Of a stretch of DNA of 55,473 nt, positions 9,703-19,038 are shown piece by piece; within the stretch, counting starts at the first letter, position 1, and each line of letters opens with the position of its first letter. The position numbers and the translations under genes were made by a program. Source of the DNA: Gemmatimonadales bacterium (GTDB lineage: Bacteria > Gemmatimonadota > Gemmatimonadetes > Gemmatimonadales > GWC2-71-9); the NCBI GenBank assembly GCA_041615815.1, contig JBFJCP010000029.1:1-55473 (forward strand). The letters run 5' to 3'. The notes beneath the pieces were generated by a model. It did not search any database and was not told the origin of the DNA. It saw only the letters and a program-made list of their open reading frames with translations.

Positions 9703-11373
9703 ATGACGATCAGGATGATAGTGCTGGGCTTGGTGCTCCTCCCGCTGGCCACTCAACAGCCGGGCAGATCGGACGCCGCGGCGCCGGCGGATTCCCTGAC
9801 CCGCGCCCGTGTCGTCCACCTTCTCAATCGTGTGGCCTATGGACCACGCCCCGGGGAGGTGGAGCGGGTGCTGGGAATGGGCATTCCCCAATACCTCGAG
9901 CGCCAGCTGTATCCCGAACGCATTTCGGACAGCGCATTGGAGCGGACGCTCGATGAGTTCGAAATCCTGGAAATGTCCACCAAGGAGATCGCGCAGCTCT
10001 TTCGTGCAGTCCGGCAGGAACGTCAGCAGATGGCGCGGACGCGCGCTGCTCGTGACGGCAACGACGCCGATGAGAGACGGGCGCCCGTCACTGAGACAAT
10101 GCGGCGGTTTCGCCGATTGATAGGCGAGTTTCGTCAGCTGTCGGTGACACGTGCAGTGCTCTCAGAGCGGCAGCTCTACGAGATCATGGTCGACTTTTGG
10201 ACCAATCATTTCAACGTCTATATCGGGAAGGGGATTGAGCCAGTCCTGTTGCCGGCACATGTCGCGACCGCCATTCGACCAAATGCACTCGGGCGGTTCG
10301 AAGATCTACTCGTCGCGACAGCGCAGAGTCCGGCCATGTTGTTTTACCTCGATAACGTCCAATCCGTGACGCCGGGTGCCGAGCCGCCAGGTCTGCAACG
10401 ACTTCGCGAGATGCGCGCCAACCCGAGGGCCCGGCGGGGTCCACGGCGCGCTGCGATGCGGGCGCGAGCCGACTCCATACTCAGCACCTTGGAGGACCGG
10501 CTTCCCGCGGGCCTGAACGAAAACTACGCGCGTGAACTGCTTGAGCTACACACCCTCGGTGTTGACGGCGGCTACACGCAGCAAGACGTCGTTGGGGTCG
10601 CACGTATCCTCACGGGGTGGAGCATGAACCGTCGCGACCGGTACCGGTTCGTGTTCAACGACTGGGCGCACGACTATGGCGCGAAAGACGTGATGGGGGT
10701 GAGATACCCTGCCGGACGGGGTATCGAGGAGGGACGAGCTCTGCTGCGCTACCTGGCATCACATCCCTCCACTCGACGGCATGTGAGTGTGAAGCTCTGT
10801 GCGCGATTCGTGGCCGACGAACCACCCTCCGGATGTGTTGACGCAGCCATCGCGGCTTGGGATGAAACGGACGGCGACATACGGCAGGTGCTGGCGGCGA
10901 TATTCGAGTCGCCGGATTTCTGGGAGCATCGTGGAAGCAAGCTCAAGTCTCCGCTGGAGTTCGTCGTGAGTGCCACACGCGCGCTAGACGTGATGCCCGG
11001 AGATGAGCCGTCGCTGGCAATGATGCTCCAGCGCCTGGCGCAGCCGCCGTACGGTCATGAGGCCCCCACGGGGTATCCGGAAACTCAAGAGTCGTGGGTC
11101 AGCTCCGGCGCACTGTTGGAACGCTTCAACGTGGCGATGGCAATGGCATCCGGGCGGATTCCAGGCATAACGGTCGATCTTGCGAAGCTGGTGCCAACAA
11201 CCGAGCCTCACGCGCTGGTCGATGCGGTGGATCGCCTCATCCTGCAGGGTGGCGCCACTGCGGCAACCCGGGATGTTCTCCTCGAGCAAGCGAGCGAGAC
11301 GGCGTTGGGTGCCGACGCTCGTGCCCTGGTCGTGGGTCTCGCCCTTGGCAGCCCCGAGTTTCAGCGCCACTAG
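9703..11373 (+). CDS. DUF1800 family exported protein
   Basis: HLLNRVAYG, FWTNHFNV, PAMLFYLDN, NENYARELLELHTLG, C-terminal SPEFQ; signal peptide after ATG 9703. Confidence 0.85.
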   Translation: MTIRMIVLGLVLLPLATQQPGRSDAAAPADSLTRARVVHLLNRVAYGPRPGEVERVLGMGIPQYLERQLYPERISDSALERTLDEFEILEMSTKEIAQLFRAVRQERQQMARTRAARDGNDADERRAPVTETMRRFRRLIGEFRQLSVTRAVLSERQLYEIMVDFWTNHFNVYIGKGIEPVLLPAHVATAIRPNALGRFEDLLVATAQSPAMLFYLDNVQSVTPGAEPPGLQRLREMRANPRARRGPRRAAMRARADSILSTLEDRLPAGLNENYARELLELHTLGVDGGYTQQDVVGVARILTGWSMNRRDRYRFVFNDWAHDYGAKDVMGVRYPAGRGIEEGRALLRYLASHPSTRRHVSVKLCARFVADEPPSGCVDAAIAAWDETDGDIRQVLAAIFESPDFWEHRGSKLKSPLEFVVSATRALDVMPGDEPSLAMMLQRLAQPPYGHEAPTGYPETQESWVSSGALLERFNVAMAMASGRIPGITVDLAKLVPTTEPHALVDAVDRLILQGGATAATRDVLLEQASETALGADARALVVGLALGSPEFQRH

Positions 11374-11381
11374 GAGAAGAT

Positions 11382-12656
11382 ATGCCTGGTCGCATTGATC
11401 GTCGCGTTTTTGTGAAGGCCGGTGGGCTCGCGCTGCTGAGCCTGGGCCTCGACCCGATTTTCCTCACTCGGGCCGCCTACGCCGTTCGGCGTACCGGAAA
11501 CGCCGGCGGCGGTCGCAAGACACTCGTGTGTCTCTTCCAACGCGGCGCCGTAGATGGACTCAGCATGGTCGTTCCGCACGGCGATCCGCATTACCAGCGG
11601 GAGCGCCGTCGCGTAGCAATCCCGGCCCCGGGCAAACCCGACGGAGCGCTGGACCTGGACGGATACTTCGGCCTTCACCCGGCGATGGCTGCCTTGCTGC
11701 CACTGTACCGGGACGGCTCGCTGGCGGTGGTGCACGCGGTCGGGTCACCCCACGCTACGCGGAGCCATTTCGACGCCCAGGACTACATGGAATCCGGGAC
11801 CCCGGGCCGGAAGTCCACTGTGGACGGGTGGCTCAACCGACATCTCCAACACGCCGCCGAGCACAGGGACACACCATTCCGTGGAGTTGCGCTCGGCCCA
11901 CGGCTGCCTCGCGCGTTGCGCGGCGTGGCTCCCGCACTGGCCATTGGCTCGCTCGACGGATTCGGGCTCCGCGCAAGCCAAGAGGTCGTGCGGGACCGCC
12001 TCATGAGCGCCTTCGAGGAGCTCTACGCGGCGTCCGCGACCGGGCTCGTGGCCTCGTCATCCGCAGAGGCGTTCGAGGCGGTGCACATGCTCCGCACTCT
12101 CCGTCCCCAGGAGTACGAACCCGCGAAGGGGGTGTCGTATCCACCGAGCCGCTTGGGAAGGTCCCTCCGGCAGATCGCCCAACTGATCAAGGCGGATCTT
12201 GGACTGGAAATCGCTTTCACCGACATGGGCGGATGGGACACCCATGTCAATCAGGGTGGTGGAACCGGACAGCTCGCGGGTCGACTGCGGGAGTTGGCAA
12301 CGTCGCTCGCCGCGTTCGCACACGATCTCGGAGCGCGCATGGCCGATGTCAGTGTACTGACCATGAGTGAGTTCGGCCGTACCGTAGCGGAAAACGGAAA
12401 CGCAGGAACCGACCACGGTCACGCCACCGCCATGTTTGTGTTGGGAGGGGCCACTGTCGGAGGTCGGGTAGTGGGTCGCTGGCCGACCCTCGACCCGGCC
12501 CATCGGTACGAGGGGCGAGATCTCGCCGTCACGACCGACTTTCGCGATTTGTTTGGCGAGGTGCTTGTACGCCATCTTGGGGACACGGACCTCACGCGAG
12601 TCTTTCCGGGACACCCCGTGGATCCCACCCGCTGGCTCGGGGTGATGCCGGGGTGA
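11382..12656 (+). CDS. DUF1501 family protein, Tat-exported
   Basis: SD AGGAG before ATG 11382; twin-arginine DRRVFVK; FQRGAVDGL, RSHFDAQ, GGWDTH, SEFGRT, GTDHG; usual partner of DUF1800. Confidence 0.87.
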   Translation: MPGRIDRRVFVKAGGLALLSLGLDPIFLTRAAYAVRRTGNAGGGRKTLVCLFQRGAVDGLSMVVPHGDPHYQRERRRVAIPAPGKPDGALDLDGYFGLHPAMAALLPLYRDGSLAVVHAVGSPHATRSHFDAQDYMESGTPGRKSTVDGWLNRHLQHAAEHRDTPFRGVALGPRLPRALRGVAPALAIGSLDGFGLRASQEVVRDRLMSAFEELYAASATGLVASSSAEAFEAVHMLRTLRPQEYEPAKGVSYPPSRLGRSLRQIAQLIKADLGLEIAFTDMGGWDTHVNQGGGTGQLAGRLRELATSLAAFAHDLGARMADVSVLTMSEFGRTVAENGNAGTDHGHATAMFVLGGATVGGRVVGRWPTLDPAHRYEGRDLAVTTDFRDLFGEVLVRHLGDTDLTRVFPGHPVDPTRWLGVMPG

Positions 12657-12676
12657 CCACGCCTTAGATTCCAAGT

Positions 12677-13390
12677 GTGAATCTCGAGGGTGCACACTGC
12701 GTGGTGACCGGTGCTACCGAAGGCATCGGACGGGCTATTGCCTTTGCGCTCGGAGGGCATGGTGCCCGCGTCGCCATCTGCTCACGCACGGCCGGCAACG
12801 TCGACGCCGCGGTCGCTGCTCTCCGCGAGACCGGCATCGACGCCCTTGGGTCGGCCTGCGATGTGGCCAGCGAACCCAGCGTTGCGTCGTTCGCCTCATT
12901 CCTGGACGAGCGCTTGGGCCATGTGGACGTCCTCGTGAACAATGCCGGTGTGGGCCACGCCGGCAACGTAGACGAAATGAGCGTGCAGGCGTTCGACGAG
13001 ACCATCTCCGTGAATGTGCGAGGAGTCTTTCTCATGACCAGGGCCATCCTTCCGGGGATGCGACGCCGCCGTTCGGGCACGGTGGTGAACATCGCGAGCC
13101 TCGCCGGAAAGAACCCCGTCCCCGGTGCGGCCGCCTATGCGGCCTCCAAGCATGCGGTACTCGGGTTCTCCAAATCTCTGATGCTGGAGGTTCGGAAGGA
13201 GGGAATTCGCGTGCTCACCATCTGTCCGGGCTCCGTCGTCACTACCTTCTTCGAGAAAGCCGGGATGCAGCTTGCCAATCAGGATCGGAAGCTTCAGGCG
13301 GAAGATGTAGCCCATGCCGTGGTGGCAGCGGTTCAGCTTCCAGATCACGCCAATCTCTCGGACCTCGATATCCGGCCTGCCAACCCCTGA
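12677..13390 (+). CDS. Short-chain dehydrogenase/reductase (classical SDR)
   Basis: TGATEGIG, NNAG, catalytic YAASK. Confidence 0.9.
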   Translation: MNLEGAHCVVTGATEGIGRAIAFALGGHGARVAICSRTAGNVDAAVAALRETGIDALGSACDVASEPSVASFASFLDERLGHVDVLVNNAGVGHAGNVDEMSVQAFDETISVNVRGVFLMTRAILPGMRRRRSGTVVNIASLAGKNPVPGAAAYAASKHAVLGFSKSLMLEVRKEGIRVLTICPGSVVTTFFEKAGMQLANQDRKLQAEDVAHAVVAAVQLPDHANLSDLDIRPANP

Positions 13391-13547
13391 GGCGCCTCGT
13401 AACGCTTTCGTGTCATGTACCCGGGCACCGGTGTATTATTGAGCGTCCACGGAACCGCGGGAGCGCCATCGATGTTGTTGAGAAGGTCCTGCCCACGGTG
13501 AGCGCCACCGCTAACTGTCACTTCGACTGCACATAGGAGCGAAGACT

Positions 13548-14339
13548 GTGGTCTTTGCCAAAGACCTGCTGAAAGGCAAGGTGGCACTCGTCACCGGGGG
13601 CGGCACGGGAATCGGCTTCGGGATCGCGACCGAGATGGCACGGTGCGGCGCCGATGTGGCCATTGCGAGTCGGAAGCCTGAACACCACGAGCCGGCCGCA
13701 GAGGGACTGCGGCAGCACGGTGTTCGGGCGATCGCGGTTCCGGCGAACGTTCGCGAGCCCGAATCCGTTCAGGCGATGGTGCGTCGCACCGTGGAAGAGC
13801 TCGGCCGTCTCGACGTCCTCGTGAACAACGCGGCTGGCAACTTCTACGCCCCCTCTGCGGACCTGTCCCCCGGTGGGTGGAGAGCCGTTGTCGAAACCGA
13901 CCTCTATGGAACTTTTTTTAGTTCGCAGGCCGCCTACCCGGTCATGAAGCAACAGGGCGGCGGGAGCATTATCTCCATATCGATGACGCTGCACTACCGG
14001 GGTTGGCCGATGATGGCACACGCCACTGCGGCCAAGGCAGGCATCGATGCCCTGACCAAGACCTTGGCCCTCGAGTGGGCACCTGAGCAGATCACCGTCA
14101 ACGTCATCGCCCCGGGTCCCATTCTCACCGAAGGAGCGCAGCAGGCCTTTGCCGCAGGAGACCCTACTAAGGGCGCGGCGACTCTCGATCAGCGGCTTGC
14201 CAAAGTGGTGCCGCTTGGCAGAGTCGGGATGCCGGACGACATTGGTCAGATGGCTGTCTACCTTTCGAGCCCTGCGGCGCGATGGATCACCGGAGCGATC
14301 TTCGTCGTGGACGGTGGTAGCTCGCTCTCGAAGATGTAA
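13548..14339 (+). CDS. SDR, 2,4-dienoyl-CoA reductase-like
   Basis: TGGGTGIG, NNAAGNF, and HATAAK with His in place of the catalytic Tyr, as in the DECR2/SPS19/FadH subgroup. SD AGGAG upstream. Confidence 0.8.
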   Translation: MVFAKDLLKGKVALVTGGGTGIGFGIATEMARCGADVAIASRKPEHHEPAAEGLRQHGVRAIAVPANVREPESVQAMVRRTVEELGRLDVLVNNAAGNFYAPSADLSPGGWRAVVETDLYGTFFSSQAAYPVMKQQGGGSIISISMTLHYRGWPMMAHATAAKAGIDALTKTLALEWAPEQITVNVIAPGPILTEGAQQAFAAGDPTKGAATLDQRLAKVVPLGRVGMPDDIGQMAVYLSSPAARWITGAIFVVDGGSSLSKM

Positions 14340-14531
14340 TCCAGGTGACTCGAGCGGTGCATCGCCGCGTGCTCTCGACCGATGCGGGCCGGCCCTTGCC
14401 CATTTCCTCGTCCCCGCTAGCCAAGATCTGCGGCCCGTGAACATCGAGTTCTGGAACCCACACCGCGTGAACTCTGCGCGCATTGATGGCATCGACGCCA
14501 TGATGAACAGAGGTGACGAGACTGAGCCAAC

Positions 14532-16031
14532 ATGGCAATCGCGCTAATCGTAGGACTCCACTTAGCCGCCTCGCTCCTCCTTGCAGCCTTTGGCTTGCAT
14601 CGACTGTTCCTCGCCGTTCGTTACCTCCGGCTTGTGAGTCCACGGCCGGCGGTACCACGCCTCGACTGGCAGCGACTTCCCTCGGTCACCGTGCAAATCC
14701 CGCTCTACAACGAGCGGTACGTAGCCGAGAGAGCGGTTCGGGCGGCAGCGGCGATGCAATATCCGCGAGATCGTTTCGAGATCCAAGTGCTCGACGACTC
14801 GACCGACGAGACGACGGCGCAAGTCTCAAGAGTCGTCAGCGAGTTACGGAAAGAGGGCGTCCGCGTGACACACGTACGCCGGGGAAGCCGGCAGGGCTTC
14901 AAGGCTGGCGCGCTGGCTCATGGATTACGCCAGAGTCGGGGCGAGCTGATCGCCATTTTCGATGCGGATTTCACACCTCGAGAGGATTTTCTCCTCCGCA
15001 GCGTCAACGAGTTCACCGACCCCCGGGTGGGTATGGTGCAAGCACGCTGGGAACATCTCAATGGACAGGCTTCCGTGCTGACTCGGGCTCAAGCGCTACA
15101 ATTGGATGCTCATTTCACGATCGAGCATGGCGTACGCGCGGCGACGGGGTGCTTCTTCAACTTCAACGGCACGGCAGGTGTTTGGCGTCGCACCGCGATC
15201 GAGGACGCCGGAGGATGGCAGTCGGACACTCTCACCGAGGACCTAGACCTCTCCTACCGAGCGCAACTCGCCGGATGGCGATTCGTGTATCGCGATGACA
15301 TCGGGGTCCCATCCGAGCTTCCGGTGGAGGTAGCGGCGTACCGCATCCAGCAGCAACGGTGGGCGCAAGGTGGCGTACAGACGGCACGCAAAGTCCTCCC
15401 GATCATCGCGAGAGCTTCTCTTCCAAGCCACGTCAGACGAGAGGCCTTTTGGCACCTGACCGGCCACTTCACCTATCCCATTCTCATCTTGCTCGCATTG
15501 GCCGGGCTCTGCGTGACGTGGACGGCTGGTGCCGAGCAGCGAAGCTGGGTTGTGGCGGTGGATGGGACGCTGCTGCTATTCGCCACCATTGCCCTTTCCA
15601 TCTTCTACGGAACGGCCGCTCGTGCTCGACAAGTGGGCGGCTCGTGGAGATCCATCATGATGGTCCCTGTGATCATGGTGCTGGGCGCTGGAATCGCCCT
15701 TGGGCAAAGTGCCGCCGTGGTTCGTGGGCTCCGCCAGCAGGCCACTCCGTTCCGCCGCACGCCCAAGTATCGACTGGGCCAGCGGCATGACCGCTCTTGG
15801 CGTTTGGCCGCCTATCGTGTCTCAGCTTCTCGCATTGCGCTGGGCGAATGCCTGGCCGGCACACTCGTCTTCGGTGTTGCATGCATCCAGGTACTCACGG
15901 GTGTGGCGGTTCCGACCGGCATGGCCATACTCGTGGGGGCGGGGTCACTCGCCGTGGGAACCGGAATCTTGCTACAACACCAGGGACCCCTGGGCCGTGA
16001 CTACACACGATCCCGGGCTTCCGCCGCGTAA
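14532..16031 (+). CDS. Membrane glycosyltransferase family 2 (cellulose synthase-like)
   Basis: QIPLYNE, LDDS, FKAGAL, FDADF, TEDLDLS and QQRW (D,D,D,QxxRW signature); N- and C-terminal TM helices. Confidence 0.88.
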   Translation: MAIALIVGLHLAASLLLAAFGLHRLFLAVRYLRLVSPRPAVPRLDWQRLPSVTVQIPLYNERYVAERAVRAAAAMQYPRDRFEIQVLDDSTDETTAQVSRVVSELRKEGVRVTHVRRGSRQGFKAGALAHGLRQSRGELIAIFDADFTPREDFLLRSVNEFTDPRVGMVQARWEHLNGQASVLTRAQALQLDAHFTIEHGVRAATGCFFNFNGTAGVWRRTAIEDAGGWQSDTLTEDLDLSYRAQLAGWRFVYRDDIGVPSELPVEVAAYRIQQQRWAQGGVQTARKVLPIIARASLPSHVRREAFWHLTGHFTYPILILLALAGLCVTWTAGAEQRSWVVAVDGTLLLFATIALSIFYGTAARARQVGGSWRSIMMVPVIMVLGAGIALGQSAAVVRGLRQQATPFRRTPKYRLGQRHDRSWRLAAYRVSASRIALGECLAGTLVFGVACIQVLTGVAVPTGMAILVGAGSLAVGTGILLQHQGPLGRDYTRSRASAA

Positions 16032-16049
16032 CGACGCTACGACGCCGTC

Positions 16050-17837
16050 ATGATTCAAGATATTTTGCTCGGTCTTGCCAGCATCGTCGTGTTGGGCATC
16101 GCCGCTCAATGGCTCGCCTGGCGGTTGAAGCTCCCGTCCATCCTGTTCCTGCTCGTGGTGGGTTTCCTCGCCGGCCCCGTAGCCGGCTTCATCGATCCAG
16201 ACGCCCTCCTCGGGGATCTCCTTTTTCCCATCGTCTCACTTTCGGTGGCGGTGATCCTGTTCGAAGGCGGCCTCAGCCTGAAGATCTCGGAGCTGGGAGA
16301 AATTGGGCGCGTCATACGCAACTTGATCTCGGTGGGCGTTCTTATCACCTGGGCGCTGGCTGGTTTCCTCGCGTTCGCCGTGCTGGGCTTCGCCTTCCCC
16401 CTCGCCGCTCTCCTAGGTGCGGTCTTCGTAGTCACGGGCCCAACGGTTATCGTCCCGCTCTTGCGACATATCCAACCGGAAGGTCGCATTGGATCTACGG
16501 TGAAGTGGGAGGGCATCGTGAATGACCCCATCGGTGCCATCCTCGCGGTGCTGGTGTTCGAGGTCATCGTGGCTGGAGGGTTCGAGCAAGGGGCCAGCGT
16601 CGCCGCCATTGGCATTTTCCGAGCCGCCACCGTGGGCGGGATTCTGGGTCTCGCCGGAGCAGGCGTGATTGTCCTGCTCTTGAAAAAACATTGGGTCCCG
16701 GATTTCCTGCAGAACCCCATCGCGCTGGCCATCGTTCTGCTGGTGTTCACGAGCTCGAATCTCCTGCAAGAGGAATCAGGACTTCTCACCGTGACCTTGA
16801 TGGGGTCCGCGCTGGCGAGTCAGCGGATCGTAACCGTGAAACACATCGTGCAGTTCAAGGAGAATCTCGGCGTGCTGCTGCTTTCGACCCTGTTCATCAT
16901 TCTGGCGGCCCGGCTCCCGACGCAGGATCCCGTCTACACGAGCGCGACGAGCTATGTCTTCCTCGCGGGGCTCATCGTCGTGGTCCGACCTGTCAGCGTC
17001 GCCATCTCCACGCTGGGCTCGAACTTGAACTGGAAGGAGCGGGTCCTTCTCGGGTTCATGGCTCCGCGCGGTATCGTGGCGGCGGCCGTCGCGTCCCTCT
17101 TTGCCCTGAAGCTGGTGGAGGAAGGGTATGCAGATGCAGAGCGCCTGGTCCCCGTCACCTTTCTCGTCATCGTGGGCACTGTAGCTGTGTATGGGCTTTC
17201 GGCACCCGCCGTGGCGCGGTGGCTGGGACTGGCCAATCCGAATCCGCAGGGGTTGCTGTTCGTTGGAGCCTCCCCCTGGGTGCGGGAGCTCGCACAGCTA
17301 CTCGTTTCGGAGAAGGTGCACGTCGCCTTGGTCGATACCAATTATGGAAATGCCTCGGCAGCGCGACGTGCTGGACTCCGCGCGCATTACATGAACATCC
17401 TGGCCGAGGGAGCCATGGAGGATCTCGAGCTCGACGGCATCGGCCGGCTCCTGGCGGTCACCCCCAACGACGAAGTGAATGCGCTGGCCGCACTCCGATT
17501 CGAAGACGTGTTTGGACGGGCGGGCGTTTTCCAACTCCGCCCTCAAGCTGGCAAGTCCACCGAGCCGCTAGCCCGGCATCTCGGTGGCCGCCTGCTGTTC
17601 AACGAACAGGCCACATACACCCATCTGGCCGAGCGGTTCGCCCACGGCGCCATCTTCAAGAAGACCAAGCTCACCGAGGAGTCCGATTTCGAAGCCTATC
17701 GACAGCGCTATGGCGACACCGCAATCCCCCTCTTTCTGGTGAAAGAGTCGGGGGACACCGTCGTGTTTGGCACCGAATCCATGCCGGCGCTGAAAACGGG
17801 TCAGACGCTCATCAGCCTGGTTGACCCGGTGGATTGA
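16050..17837 (+). CDS. CPA1 cation:proton antiporter with C-terminal TrkA-N-like domain
   Basis: ILFEGG, TGPTVI, WEGIVNDPIG, APRGIVAAA; many TM segments followed by a soluble Rossmann-like tail. Confidence 0.88.
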   Translation: MIQDILLGLASIVVLGIAAQWLAWRLKLPSILFLLVVGFLAGPVAGFIDPDALLGDLLFPIVSLSVAVILFEGGLSLKISELGEIGRVIRNLISVGVLITWALAGFLAFAVLGFAFPLAALLGAVFVVTGPTVIVPLLRHIQPEGRIGSTVKWEGIVNDPIGAILAVLVFEVIVAGGFEQGASVAAIGIFRAATVGGILGLAGAGVIVLLLKKHWVPDFLQNPIALAIVLLVFTSSNLLQEESGLLTVTLMGSALASQRIVTVKHIVQFKENLGVLLLSTLFIILAARLPTQDPVYTSATSYVFLAGLIVVVRPVSVAISTLGSNLNWKERVLLGFMAPRGIVAAAVASLFALKLVEEGYADAERLVPVTFLVIVGTVAVYGLSAPAVARWLGLANPNPQGLLFVGASPWVRELAQLLVSEKVHVALVDTNYGNASAARRAGLRAHYMNILAEGAMEDLELDGIGRLLAVTPNDEVNALAALRFEDVFGRAGVFQLRPQAGKSTEPLARHLGGRLLFNEQATYTHLAERFAHGAIFKKTKLTEESDFEAYRQRYGDTAIPLFLVKESGDTVVFGTESMPALKTGQTLISLVDPVD

Positions 17838-17895
17838 CCTGCCGGCTCCCATGCTGGGGAACCGGCGGCGGAGATTTCGCCTTTCTTGAAGTACC

Positions 17896-19005
17896 ATGAA
17901 GATTCTCGTTTCGTCTACCATGCTCACCTTGGCTCTGTCACCTGCCTTGACGCGCTTGGCAGCAGCGCAGTTCCCGGAGTGGGATACCGACTTTTCGCAG
18001 CATACCGTTCCTCTCGAGGAGATCGTCTCCGGAGGTCCTCCAAAGGACGGGATCCCCGCCATCGACCGCCCCAAGTTCGTCTCAGTGCGTGAAGCCGACC
18101 GGTGGCTCGATGATCGCGAGCCGGTCGTGGTGGTCTCGCTGGGTGGAGAGACCAAAGCCTATCCACTCCAGATCCTCATGTGGCACGAGATCGTGAATGA
18201 CGTGGTGGGTGGTGTCCCGGTCACGGTGACATTTTGCCCACTCTGTAACACCGCGCTCACCTTTGACCGCCGTCTGGGCGACCGGATCCTCGACTTCGGA
18301 ACCACCGGGCGTCTGCGACACTCAGACTTGGTCATGTACGACCGTCAGACGGAGAGTTGGTGGCAACAGGCCGTCGGCGAGGCAATCGTCGGTGAACTCT
18401 CGGGCCAGCGCTTGGCCTTCATCAGCTCACCTCTCGTGAACTGGAAGACCTTCAAGGACGCACACAAGGACGGCCAGGTGCTGTCTCGCGAAACAGGCTT
18501 CCGGCGCGATTATGGCCGAAATCCCTACCTGCGATACGACGATCAACGGAATGGCCCCTATCCGCACTTCTTCCGCGCCCGAACCGATAATCGGCTACGC
18601 GCGATGGAGCGCGTCGTTGCCATCGAGCACGACGGTGAATCCAGAGCCTATCCATTCTCCGTCCTGGCCGAGAAGCGTGTGGTCAACGACCAGATCCGGG
18701 ATGTTCCGATCGTCGTGTTGTGGGCACCCGGCACGGCCAGCGCGCTGGACGACGGCCAGATCGCGCTCGGCCGGGATGTCGGATCCAGCAATGTCTTCAG
18801 CCGACGCGTGGGCAGTCAGCTGCTGGAATTCGAGGCGTTCGGAGATGGGGCGTATCGTGACCGCCAGACCGACTCCACTTGGGACATCCTCGGCCGCGCC
18901 GTAGCCGGGGCGCTTCAAGGGACACAGTTGGAAGCCATCCCCCACGGCAACCACTTCTGGTTCGCATGGGCCGTGTTCAAGACCGAGACCAAGATCGTTC
19001 GGTGA
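17896..19005 (+). CDS. DUF3179 family exported protein
   Basis: Signal peptide; SGGPPKDGIPAID, WHEIVND, TFCPLCNT, LVMYDRQTESWWQQ, FWFAW. Confidence 0.87.
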   Translation: MKILVSSTMLTLALSPALTRLAAAQFPEWDTDFSQHTVPLEEIVSGGPPKDGIPAIDRPKFVSVREADRWLDDREPVVVVSLGGETKAYPLQILMWHEIVNDVVGGVPVTVTFCPLCNTALTFDRRLGDRILDFGTTGRLRHSDLVMYDRQTESWWQQAVGEAIVGELSGQRLAFISSPLVNWKTFKDAHKDGQVLSRETGFRRDYGRNPYLRYDDQRNGPYPHFFRARTDNRLRAMERVVAIEHDGESRAYPFSVLAEKRVVNDQIRDVPIVVLWAPGTASALDDGQIALGRDVGSSNVFSRRVGSQLLEFEAFGDGAYRDRQTDSTWDILGRAVAGALQGTQLEAIPHGNHFWFAWAVFKTETKIVR

Positions 19006-19038
19006 TTACTGTGAGAGAGGAAAGCCCGTGGATCGCCG

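Noticed and set aside
17841..17883. Third GGAACC element before DUF3179
   Set aside because: The downstream half is CCTT, and the GGAACC lies within an imperfect hairpin after the antiporter, so it is more likely structural.
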